64,000 nt of DNA from an uncultured Myxococcales bacterium (GCA_903895725.1 CAITUV010000048.1:8474-72473); one strand, 5' to 3'. Counted from the stretch's first letter, positions 55,993 to 64,000 are shown. Numbers and translations are program-made. Notes: a model not told the origin generated them from the sequence alone.

Positions 55993-58900
55993 ATGACCAC
56001 TCGCAAGCTGTTTCGGATTACGCTCCTGAGCGTTCTCGTTCCGGCCGTCGGATGCAGCACTTCAGGCAACACGGTGGAGAAACCGGAGCCGGATCTCGGC
56101 ATCGAGGTCGTCGACTCCAGCGTCGCTCCGGAAGTCGTACCCCCGGATGCCATGGAAGTCGAGCCCGAGGTGCCTCAGGTCGAGTTGCTCGTTGAGGCCG
56201 TGGAGGAATCGGGTGGCCCGAAGTGCGCACCGGGCGAAGGGTGCTTCCTGGACCCATGCCAGGAGAACGATTCCTGCCAATCGGGCTGGTGCGTGGACCA
56301 CATGGGGGCCGGAGTCTGCACCATTGCCTGCGAGGAGGAGTGCCCTCCCGGCTGGTCGTGCCAGCAGATCGGCTCGGGTCCCGACGTGAACTACGTCTGC
56401 ATCTCGAACCACGCAAACCTTTGCCGGCCTTGCGGCAGCGGGGACAACTGCAAGAGCCCGGGGGGTGCGGAGGACGTGTGCGTGGACTACGGTGCGGAGG
56501 GCAGCTTCTGCGGGGGAACCTGCAACAGCGACGAGGATTGCCCCTGGGGTTTCTCGTGCATCGAAGCCTCCACGGTGGATGGAATCGAAGTGAAGCAATG
56601 CGTGGCCGATGCGGGAGTCTGCCCGTGTACCGAAAAGTCCGTGAGCCTGGCATTGTGGACCCCTTGCCAGAGCAGCAACGAGCACGGCGTGTGCCAGGGG
56701 CAGAGGGTGTGTACCGAGGCCGGGCTGTCCGCGTGTGACGCGGCTGTGCCCGCACAGGAATCGTGCAACGGCATCGACGATGATTGCGACGGGGAGGTCG
56801 ACGAGCCGCAGCAGGTGGGCGGAGAGTATATTTCGCTCTGCTCGGACGGGAATTCGTGCACGAAGGATCAGTGCGCGGGCGTTGACGGCTGCACTAACAC
56901 GGCGCTCAACGAGGGCGAGTGCATGGACGGAGATGCGTGCACCGTGGGGGACCATTGCCAGGAAGGGACGTGCGTGGGGCTCCCTGTCGCCTGCGATGAC
57001 GGTGACCCCTGCACCGACGACCTGTGCGACGGACTGGGAGGCTGCAAGACCGAGTTCAACACCGCTGCGTGCGACGACGGAGATGCGTGCACGGTCGCGG
57101 ATGGCTGCGTCGAGGGGGTGTGCGGCGGCGTTGCCGTCCCTTGTGAGTGCCAGGCGGATTCCGATTGCCTGTCACTCGAGGATGGCGATGTCTGCAACGG
57201 GACACTGTTCTGCGACAAGGGGAAGTGGCCGTATCTTTGTGCGGTCGAGCCGGGAACCGAAATCACGTGCCCGCTGCCGCCGGCCGGGAAGGATGCGTTC
57301 TGCCAGGCCACTGCGTGCGACAGCGGGACCGGGAAGTGCTCAATCGTCCCGGCTCACGAGGGTTTCGCCTGTGATGACGGGGATGCCTGCACCATCGGTG
57401 AGCACTGCGCCTCCGGAACCTGCGGCCAGGGGGCCGGGCTCGGATGCCAGGACGACAATCCCTGCACGGACGACTCGTGCGAGCCTGGCGTCGGGTGCAT
57501 CCACAAGGCGAACGCTGCACCGTGCAGCGACGGGAACGTGTGCACGACGGACGACATGTGCTCGGCCACTGTATGCGTCGGCGGAGCGCTTCTGGCCTGC
57601 GACGACGGCTCGGTGTGCACCGGCACGGAGACCTGCGATCCTTCCGTCGGCTGCAAAGCGGGCCTCTCCCTCGTGTGCGATGATCAGGACGCCTGCAACG
57701 GAAAGGAGAGCTGCCACCCGGCCAAGGGGTGCCTGGCCGGAATCCCTCCGGTTTGTGACGACTTGAACCCATGTACCGACGACTCGTGCGACCCTCTGTC
57801 GGGGTGCGTTCACAAGGGGAATACCGCCGCCTGTGACGACGGCAACGCCTGCACCACGGGGGACAAGTGCTCGGCAGGAAGCTGCCTCGCCGGTGAGGCG
57901 ACAAGCTGCAACGACGGCAATCTCTGCACGACCGACACCTGCGTGCCGGCCAAGGGATGCATGTTCCTGCTCAACACGGTCCCGTGCGACGACGGCGACT
58001 TGTGCACGACCGGGGACCATTGCTCCCTGGGGGCCTGCATCTCGTCGGGGAAGCTGACCTGCAACGACGGGAATCCGTGCACGGCCGACTCGTGCACCCC
58101 CGGAGCCGGCTGCCAGTTCGTGCCCACCTCGGCCGCGTGCGACGACGGCAATGCGTGCACCTCGGGCGATGCCTGCACCAAGGGCCAGTGCCTCGGGCCG
58201 GACGTGGTGAGCTGCGACGACGACAATGTCTGCACGAAGGACTTCTGCTCCCCGTTGACCGGCTGCGGGCACAGCCCTCTGGCCGGGCCGTGTGAGGACG
58301 GGACCGAGTGCAGCGTCGGGGATACCTGCCAGAACGGAGTGTGCGTGGCCGGGCCACCGCTCGCCTGCGACGATGGGAACCAGTGCACCGTCGACGTCTG
58401 CGACCCCAAGCTGGGGTGCGTGTACAAGGCATTCGTGGGAGGCTGCGACGACGGAAACCCGTGCACCCTGGTGGATGTGTGTCAGGGCACGGTCTGCGCA
58501 CCCGGGTTGCCCAAGGACTGCAACGACGACAACCAGTGCACTACGGACACCTGCGACCCGGCCAAGCTGTGCGTGAACAGCCCGAAGGCCGGCAACTGCG
58601 ACGACAGCAACGCGTGTACGACGGGAGAGGCCTGCCAGGCGGGCGTCTGCAAGGGGGGCACCCCCCTGGACTGCAACGATGGGAAGCCGTGCACGACCGA
58701 CTCGTGCGACCCCCTCCTGGGGTGCGGACACATCGACACTGTCCCGTGCTGCGGGAATGCCAAGCTCGAGGCGGGCGAGGAGTGCGACGACGGAAACATC
58801 GTGGGCGGGGACGGATGCGAGCCTGACTGCAAGCAGTTCACCCCGGTCAGCGTGACGTTCAACAACTGTGGGCAGACGGGCCCGTCGGGGCCAAACCAGA

Positions 58901-59682
58901 GCCAGTGCAACAGCGCCTACTCGGGCAACCCGCTCCTCAACGGCAAGGTGACCGTCACTGCCGGCATCCAGTTCTGGACCGTGCCGTACACCGGGACCTA
59001 CCGGATCGAGGCTTTCGGAGCCAGGGGCGGCTGCAACGGCGGCAACGGTGCGCGGATGCGGGGCGATTTCGCCCTGACTCAGGGCACCCAGCTCAAGATT
59101 CTGGTCGGACAGCAGGGATCGGCTGCCCCCGCAAGCGTGGGCAACGGAGGTGGCGGTGGGACGTACGTGGCGAAGGCCGACAATGCCCCCATCATCGTTG
59201 CGGGCGGCGGTGGAGGAACGGGGCACGATTGCTACGCGGACTACGACATGAGCGGAGTCACCGGCATCGATGGAATCAAGGGCAAGTACGAGACCGCCGG
59301 GCTGGGCGGAGTGAACGGACAGGGCGGCGGATACGGGCTGACCACCCAGGGCGTTCCCAACGCCGGCGGTGGCGGCGGCTTCTACGGGGACGGCGGGAGC
59401 ATCGGACATGCCAATGGCGGGAAGGCCTTCGTGAACGGAGGCGTGGGCGGCTCCACGACCGGAGGATTCGGCGGCGGCGGCGGCTCGGACCAGTTCATCT
59501 ACGGCTGCGGCGCATCGCCACACGGCGGCAGCGGCGGCGGAGGCTACTCGGGCGGCGGCGGCGGCGCAACGAACTGCAACGGCCCGGGCGGTGGCGGCGG
59601 CTCCTACAACAACGGTGCCAACCCGTCCAACTCAGCTGGCGCCAATTCGGGGCACGGCAGCGTGACCATCAATCGCATCTGA
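55993..59682 (+). CDS. Cys-rich lipoprotein with about 13 Dictyostelium-type (CTDC) repeats, one Myxococcus cysteine-rich repeat, and a C-terminal ALK/LTK-like glycine-rich (GlyR/TNF-like) domain
   Basis: 'MTTRKLFRITLLSVLVPAVGCSTSG'. CTDC: 'CDDGNPCTDDSC', 'CSDGNVCTTDDMC', 'CNDGNLCTTDTC', 'CDDGNQCTVDVC'. Myxococcus cysteine-rich repeat: 'CCGNAKLEAGEECDDGNIVGGDGCEPDC'. GlyR: 'FNNCGQTGPSGPNQSQCNSAYSGN...GIQFWTVPYTGTYRIEAFGARGG...LKILVGQQG...GGGGGTYVAK...IIVAGGGGG...GGFGGGGGS...GGGGYSGGGGG'. Confidence 0.85.
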   Translation: MTTRKLFRITLLSVLVPAVGCSTSGNTVEKPEPDLGIEVVDSSVAPEVVPPDAMEVEPEVPQVELLVEAVEESGGPKCAPGEGCFLDPCQENDSCQSGWCVDHMGAGVCTIACEEECPPGWSCQQIGSGPDVNYVCISNHANLCRPCGSGDNCKSPGGAEDVCVDYGAEGSFCGGTCNSDEDCPWGFSCIEASTVDGIEVKQCVADAGVCPCTEKSVSLALWTPCQSSNEHGVCQGQRVCTEAGLSACDAAVPAQESCNGIDDDCDGEVDEPQQVGGEYISLCSDGNSCTKDQCAGVDGCTNTALNEGECMDGDACTVGDHCQEGTCVGLPVACDDGDPCTDDLCDGLGGCKTEFNTAACDDGDACTVADGCVEGVCGGVAVPCECQADSDCLSLEDGDVCNGTLFCDKGKWPYLCAVEPGTEITCPLPPAGKDAFCQATACDSGTGKCSIVPAHEGFACDDGDACTIGEHCASGTCGQGAGLGCQDDNPCTDDSCEPGVGCIHKANAAPCSDGNVCTTDDMCSATVCVGGALLACDDGSVCTGTETCDPSVGCKAGLSLVCDDQDACNGKESCHPAKGCLAGIPPVCDDLNPCTDDSCDPLSGCVHKGNTAACDDGNACTTGDKCSAGSCLAGEATSCNDGNLCTTDTCVPAKGCMFLLNTVPCDDGDLCTTGDHCSLGACISSGKLTCNDGNPCTADSCTPGAGCQFVPTSAACDDGNACTSGDACTKGQCLGPDVVSCDDDNVCTKDFCSPLTGCGHSPLAGPCEDGTECSVGDTCQNGVCVAGPPLACDDGNQCTVDVCDPKLGCVYKAFVGGCDDGNPCTLVDVCQGTVCAPGLPKDCNDDNQCTTDTCDPAKLCVNSPKAGNCDDSNACTTGEACQAGVCKGGTPLDCNDGKPCTTDSCDPLLGCGHIDTVPCCGNAKLEAGEECDDGNIVGGDGCEPDCKQFTPVSVTFNNCGQTGPSGPNQSQCNSAYSGNPLLNGKVTVTAGIQFWTVPYTGTYRIEAFGARGGCNGGNGARMRGDFALTQGTQLKILVGQQGSAAPASVGNGGGGGTYVAKADNAPIIVAGGGGGTGHDCYADYDMSGVTGIDGIKGKYETAGLGGVNGQGGGYGLTTQGVPNAGGGGGFYGDGGSIGHANGGKAFVNGGVGGSTTGGFGGGGGSDQFIYGCGASPHGGSGGGGYSGGGGGATNCNGPGGGGGSYNNGANPSNSAGANSGHGSVTINRI
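56839..58735 (+). repeat. Array of about 13 Dicty_CTDC-like repeats (C-x-D-x-N-x-C-T-x-D-x-C, about 48 aa period)
   Basis: See the parent CDS. Confidence 0.7.
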
Positions 59683-59687
59683 GAAGA

Positions 59688-59705
59688 GTCCCGCGATCAC
59701 GGGAC
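59688..59705. terminator. Hairpin GTCCCG-cgatca-CGGGAC between convergent gene ends. It overlaps the stop codon of the minus-strand gene.
   Basis: Perfect 6-bp stem. Confidence 0.2.
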
Positions 59706-62700
59706 GTAGCAGAGGGTTCCTTCGGGCACGTATCCAAGCGCCTGCGCTTCGCTCCACTCCTGCTGGCTGGTGGACACGAAGTGGTCGGAGGCTGCAACAC
59801 TGTATAGGCGGCGCAGCTCCTTGGATGCCTCGGGAATCGGGTTGGCCGCGCAATAGCCCAGCACCCCCTCGTCCTGGTAGGCGGGAGCGCCTTCGTTGCC
59901 GTCCAGGCTCTGGAGGTGATCGAAGCAGCCGCTGCAGTAGAGCTGATGCAGCGCCACGAGCCCCGGGGCCGGTCCGTCGAACAGTGTGAAGTGCTGTCCC
60001 TCGAAGGCGTACCCGGCAGGCGCAGTCGTGTCGGACTTGAACATGTGGTCCGAGTCGCCGCCCTTGTTGCCGTAGAAGCGATAGATGGGGTGCGTCCCGG
60101 GCAGACATGGCAGCTTCTCGTGCTGGCACCCGGCTGCACCGGCGCAGGTATCCATGGTGCACGGATCGCCGTCGTCGCAGTCAGCGTCCTTTCCACATCC
60201 TGGCGCCCCGTTGGCGAACACGCGCACGCGGGCAACCACGCGCACGTTCCCATCGGTATCGGAGGCGGCAATTTCCAGCAGGTGAGGGCAGGGGGACCAG
60301 TCTCCGAGCGGCACGTCCGCCTCGAACCCCACCTGGTTGCACATCGTGTACCCGGGGTAGACCTGGCAGACATCGGGCCGCTGGGTATTGAGCGGAAGCG
60401 AGGCGACCTGCACACCGTCCCTGCGCAGTGCCAGCGAAGCGATTCCCTTGTTGTCCAACGCCCAGCCGGTCACGTGCAGCGTCCCGGAGACGGCCGCATC
60501 CATCTTGGGCGCGTCCAGGGCACCGAACGGGGGCAGCTTGGCATCAAGTGCAGCGGCCTCGGACGCAATCGTTCCGAACGCACCCAGGATCAGGTAGGCC
60601 CTGGCCTTGACCTTGCCGAACGCAGGCAGAGCGAACGAGAACTGCGAGCGAACGTTGTTGAACACCCCGAGCTTCTGCCAGCCCTGGAAGCCGGTCAGCC
60701 GGTTCTCATAGTAGATGCCTACGCCGTAGTCCTTGGACGCGTTCTGCAGCGCAACCCAGCCGCCGGGGCTGGTGAAGTTCTTGAAGTAGAAGCCATCGTT
60801 GCCCGGCCCGTCGACGATGATCTGCTGGCCGTTGGAATCGAGCAGCACCTTGAGGTCCGCCGTTCCACCGGCTCCGTAGACGGCATAGAGCGTTGGGAAC
60901 TCCTGTCCCGTGGCCGGGTGGTCCAGGTCGGACAGGTTTTCCACCGTCATCTTCATCTCGACCACGTGGGTGGCCACGAATCGGAGCCGCTGGGTGTAGG
61001 AGACGTCGCTCTTCATCGCCTTCTTGCCCGGGTCCGAGCAGCCGCCATTCGCACAGGTCGGCTCTTTCCAGTCGGGGTTCCAGAAGAGCGGGCGTACGCC
61101 GGCTTCCAGGATGCCGGGGGCGACGTTGATCCACTCGGTGCCGGAGCCGATGTTGCACTCGTTGCCCCCCTGGACGGGATCCCACCCGAGGTAGGTGATG
61201 CTGGACGGGCACGCCGCCCCCGGATTCGATTGGCAAGTGGCATTCCAGGCGCACCCCTGCATCGCACGAAGCGGATCATAAAGGGCGATCTGGACTTCGC
61301 GGCCGGTATCGTTGGCGTCGATGGTGTTGGTCGTGTTCATTCCCGGCTTCCCCTTGGCCAGGCCGAAGAAGACGATCGTGGAACCCCATTCCCGCCGCGT
61401 GCCCACCTTGATGTAGGAAGTCGGGTCGTGGACATAGTCATCGGTGAAGCCGCCCTCCTTGACCGTTTCGGCAGGGCCCGCTGGCGACAGTGCCCCAAGG
61501 GGATCTTCGGACACGGGCTCGGGCTTGGGAACGTCGATGCAGCCTGCCGCAAAGATGCAGGCTCCTTCCTGGCACACGTAGTCGGGAGGGCAGGCGCCGC
61601 ACGAGCCTGCGCACCCGTCATCTCCGCACTGCTTGCCTCCGCACTGGGGAACGCAGGGGGCCTGCTTGCACGTGCCGCCCTCGCAATCCAGGCCCGGTGG
61701 ACATGCGCCGCAGAAGCCTCCGCAGCCGTCGTCACCGCACTGCTTCCCCTCACACAGCGGTGTGCAGGTGTCCGCAGCCAGGTCGGCCGCCGCATCGGGT
61801 GACTGGCTGTCCTCAACGTCCGCTGGCAGTGTATCCGTGATGAGGGTGTCGGTCGGTCCTGGCGTTTCATCCTTGGGGCTGCCGTCCGGCCCGGCGTCGG
61901 GCTCGGGGGCGTCAAGCAGCTTGATATCGCCAGGGGCGTCCGCAGCCGCAGAGTCGAACGACGTGTTGACCTGATCCTTCGGTTCGTATGAATCATCCGG
62001 AACCATGGCCTCGGGCTCTGGCTGCCGGTCTCCGCTCCCATCCGGGACGTGGGAGGGCACGTCGGCGCCGGGGAAGAGCAGGACATCGGCATCCGCCGAG
62101 CTGCCCCCGGACACGCTTCCGCAGGCCGCAAGGAACAGGGCCGCGAGGAGAAGGCCAAATCCCCCTCTCCAGTGACCGCAGCCTGTCCCGGCTTGTGCCC
62201 CCCGACCACAGCGGGCCCGACTTCCCGAGCCTGGACCACCAATGCCCGAACCTCCTGCCACAGGAGCACGAAAGCGACGAATCACGCCGAGCATTGCCCC
62301 CCCGAGGAGGAGCAGGATCCAAACCGACGCGCCCTCGGAGGGCCCAGGTGCCGCCGAGCAGCCGCCGCTCTTCTTGCCAGAGCCGCCGTCGCCGCTGTGC
62401 CCATCGGCTGGAACCGTGAACCATCCGTCGCCTGCGCCCCCGATTTCCGCGGTGCCATCCTGATTCTCGAGTTCCGACTTGCCGGCCATGCCATCTGCCG
62501 GGAGCACCTCCCCCGCGGCGGAATCCAGCGCCGGGATTTCCGGACCCGGTCCGGAATCCGGGGCCGGCCCCGGCAGGTCGGCGACAAGGTCGGGCTGGCC
62601 CGCACCATCCGGGGCCTCGACGTCCTGCGGCATCCAGTCCTCCTCCTCTACGACATCCGGCGGAGGGCAGGTCGAGACGCACTCTCCCCAGCTCCCGTCG

Positions 62701-63998
62701 GTGCAGAGCTGCAGGCCGTTGGCGCAATCACCTCCTGGTGGAATGCAGGCCTGAATCTGACCGTTGGGGCAAGCGGGGCACCCCTCGTCGACCTGCCCGT
62801 CACAGTCGTTATCCTGCCCGTCGCAGACCTCGTCCGGTGCGGGACCGCACGTGCCGCAGGCGTTGAGCAGCCCCTCGTCGACCTTTCCGTCGCAGTCGTT
62901 GTCCTGTCCGTCGCAGACCTCGTCCGGTGGAGGACCGCACTTGCCGCAGGCGTTGAGCAGCCCCTCGTCGACCTGCCCGTCACAGTCGTTGTCTTTTCCG
63001 TCGCAGACCTCGTCCGGTGGAGGACCGCACTTACCGCAGGCGTTGACCAATCCCTCGTCGACCTGCCCGTCGCAGTCGTTGTCCTGTCCGTCGCAGACCT
63101 CGTCCGGCGCCGGACCGCACGTGCCGCAGGCGTTGAACAATCCCTCGTCGGCCTGCCCGTTGCAGTTGTCGTCCGCTGCGTTGCATACCTCCTGCGCGCC
63201 GGGCTTCACCTGCGGGTTGGCATCGTTGCAGTCACCGCCCGTGGTCTTGGTGAACGGAGCGAGCGGCTCGTAGAGGCACTTGCCCGTGTCGCTGCCTCCG
63301 GCACCGTCGCCGTCTGCATCCTTGTAGTAGGGCGTGCACCAGGTCCCCTGCTTGGGCCATCCGGCGAAGTCGAACACCCCGGCCAGGTCAGCCAGTCCCT
63401 TCTGGCCGACCTGCTTCTCGGTGAATTCCCCGGAGTTCAGGAAGTTGTCGCGCACCGTGCTGCGCAACGTACCCTGGGCCAGCATTCCCATGTACGTTGC
63501 AAATCCTTCGTCGTCCGGCTTTCGAAACAGGATCTGCCAGTAGAGCTCGGTCACGAACTGATTGTCGGAGACCTTGGACATGGCTTCCGGTGAGTTGATG
63601 AATTCGTCGCGGGCCTGCGCCCTGGTGCCGCCTCCGTTCAGGAAGTCCTGGTAGTTCTTCACACCACCGGCATCCGGGTCCCGATGGAGGTAGTGCTTGT
63701 AGAGGAAGGCAATGTACCCGTCGTTGGAAAGGACGTCCTTGGCCTCGGGACTCTCCAGGATGTCATCTCTCACCGCGGAGGGCGGATTGCCGGCAAGCAT
63801 GTCTCCGTAGCTCTGCTTTCCGCTCTTGTCGGGAAGCCTCCCCATGACGTAGCGGTACGCCGCATTGAGGTACGAACCCTTGAACCGGAACTTGATGGCC
63901 CAGGAGGCGGTGAGCTGGATGTACTGCGTCCCGTACTCGAAGCTGTGTGCGATGTCGGTGCTCTCGTGCCACTCGTTCCAGGTTTCGACCGCGGTCAC
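59697..63998 (-). CDS. Very large multidomain secreted protein (5' partial; N-terminus lies beyond the window end). It contains DUF4214-like repeats, four near-identical MopE-like CDGQDNDCDG modules, an internal MYXO-CTERM-like segment followed by a lipoprotein-signal-like segment, CxGKQCGDDGCGG repeats, a large unassigned domain, one CTDC repeat, and two C-terminal DUF5648-like (YRFY..GDH.F) repeats.
   Basis: A single open frame of 1433+ codons on the minus strand. 'FLYKHYLHRDPDAGGVKNYQDFL', 'ELYWQILFRKPDDEGFATYMGML' (DUF4214-like). 'EVCDGQDNDCDGQVDEGL' x4. 'GGCSAAPGPSEGASVWILLLLGGAMLGVIRRFR' then 'GFGLLLAALFLAACGS'. 'PIYRFYGNKGGDSDHMFKS', 'LRRLYSVAASDHFVST'. It may actually be two genes; see findings. 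Confidence 0.75.
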   Translation of the reverse strand: MTAVETWNEWHESTDIAHSFEYGTQYIQLTASWAIKFRFKGSYLNAAYRYVMGRLPDKSGKQSYGDMLAGNPPSAVRDDILESPEAKDVLSNDGYIAFLYKHYLHRDPDAGGVKNYQDFLNGGGTRAQARDEFINSPEAMSKVSDNQFVTELYWQILFRKPDDEGFATYMGMLAQGTLRSTVRDNFLNSGEFTEKQVGQKGLADLAGVFDFAGWPKQGTWCTPYYKDADGDGAGGSDTGKCLYEPLAPFTKTTGGDCNDANPQVKPGAQEVCNAADDNCNGQADEGLFNACGTCGPAPDEVCDGQDNDCDGQVDEGLVNACGKCGPPPDEVCDGKDNDCDGQVDEGLLNACGKCGPPPDEVCDGQDNDCDGKVDEGLLNACGTCGPAPDEVCDGQDNDCDGQVDEGCPACPNGQIQACIPPGGDCANGLQLCTDGSWGECVSTCPPPDVVEEEDWMPQDVEAPDGAGQPDLVADLPGPAPDSGPGPEIPALDSAAGEVLPADGMAGKSELENQDGTAEIGGAGDGWFTVPADGHSGDGGSGKKSGGCSAAPGPSEGASVWILLLLGGAMLGVIRRFRAPVAGGSGIGGPGSGSRARCGRGAQAGTGCGHWRGGFGLLLAALFLAACGSVSGGSSADADVLLFPGADVPSHVPDGSGDRQPEPEAMVPDDSYEPKDQVNTSFDSAAADAPGDIKLLDAPEPDAGPDGSPKDETPGPTDTLITDTLPADVEDSQSPDAAADLAADTCTPLCEGKQCGDDGCGGFCGACPPGLDCEGGTCKQAPCVPQCGGKQCGDDGCAGSCGACPPDYVCQEGACIFAAGCIDVPKPEPVSEDPLGALSPAGPAETVKEGGFTDDYVHDPTSYIKVGTRREWGSTIVFFGLAKGKPGMNTTNTIDANDTGREVQIALYDPLRAMQGCAWNATCQSNPGAACPSSITYLGWDPVQGGNECNIGSGTEWINVAPGILEAGVRPLFWNPDWKEPTCANGGCSDPGKKAMKSDVSYTQRLRFVATHVVEMKMTVENLSDLDHPATGQEFPTLYAVYGAGGTADLKVLLDSNGQQIIVDGPGNDGFYFKNFTSPGGWVALQNASKDYGVGIYYENRLTGFQGWQKLGVFNNVRSQFSFALPAFGKVKARAYLILGAFGTIASEAAALDAKLPPFGALDAPKMDAAVSGTLHVTGWALDNKGIASLALRRDGVQVASLPLNTQRPDVCQVYPGYTMCNQVGFEADVPLGDWSPCPHLLEIAASDTDGNVRVVARVRVFANGAPGCGKDADCDDGDPCTMDTCAGAAGCQHEKLPCLPGTHPIYRFYGNKGGDSDHMFKSDTTAPAGYAFEGQHFTLFDGPAPGLVALHQLYCSGCFDHLQSLDGNEGAPAYQDEGVLGYCAANPIPEASKELRRLYSVAASDHFVSTSQQEWSEAQALGYVPEGTLCYVP
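62781..63150 (-). repeat. Near-perfect 90-bp tandem repeat x4.1 encoding the 30-aa unit 'LNACG(T/K)CGP(A/P)PDEVCDG(Q/K)DNDCDG(Q/K)VDEG'
   Basis: Units begin at 62781, 62871, 62961 and 63051 (plus strand) with >90% identity. Read directly from the sequence. Confidence 0.85.
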
Positions 63999-64000
63999 GC

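Noticed and set aside
1-64000. tRNA, rRNA, CRISPR arrays, IS elements and integrases.
   Set aside because: Intergenic regions are short and contain no cloverleaf-like GGTTCGA-type motifs. There are no regularly spaced short direct repeats with unique spacers. There are no transposase or integrase-like ORFs. None could be supported.

Overview
This is a 64 kb high-GC (about 68-70%) bacterial chromosomal segment. It is almost certainly from a myxobacterium (Myxococcota). The evidence is lipoprotein and MYXO-CTERM-like sorting signals, Myxococcus-type cysteine-rich repeats, and the typical long Arg/Ala-rich ghost ORFs on the antisense strand.

The centre of the window holds two conserved housekeeping operons:
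- An 11-gene complex-I operon, nuoABCDHIJKLMN (24.8-35.3 kb), which lacks the NADH-dehydrogenase module nuoEFG.
- A histidine operon (38.6-45.8 kb) with two unusual fusions: HisC fused to a HAD-family phosphatase, and HisA fused to HisI and HisE.

These are flanked by a DEAD-box helicase, a small zinc-ribbon protein, a Gfo/Idh/MocA oxidoreductase, purH and tcdA.

The rest of the window (0-24.7 kb and 47.5-64 kb) is an accessory-like locus of very large secreted or lipid-anchored cysteine-rich proteins:
- Three paralogous giants of roughly 1700-1800 aa. Two are adjacent, 1 nt apart.
- These are built from repeated CDGxDNDCDG (MopE-like) modules plus a C-terminal beta-helix and a poly-glycine tail.
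- Two further lipoproteins share the same N-terminal Cys-rich stalk but end in eukaryote-like tip domains.
- One ends in a thrombospondin type-3 array plus a fibrinogen-related domain.
- The other ends in about 13 Dictyostelium-type CTDC repeats plus a domain strikingly similar to the ALK/LTK receptor glycine-rich (TNF-like) ligand-binding region.
- A neighbouring lipoprotein combines a thrombospondin type-1 repeat with an FGE-sulfatase (SUMF1) domain.
- Another combines a NAGPA-like phosphodiester-glycosidase domain with CPxDCG repeats and a MYXO-CTERM tail.

This looks like an undescribed family of modular stalk-plus-variable-tip surface proteins, perhaps a matrix or adhesin system.

No rRNA, tRNA, CRISPR or mobile elements were recognised. 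All domain calls come from motif recognition by eye. No database search was run, start codons were chosen by RBS and signal-peptide logic, and regulatory elements are low-confidence.
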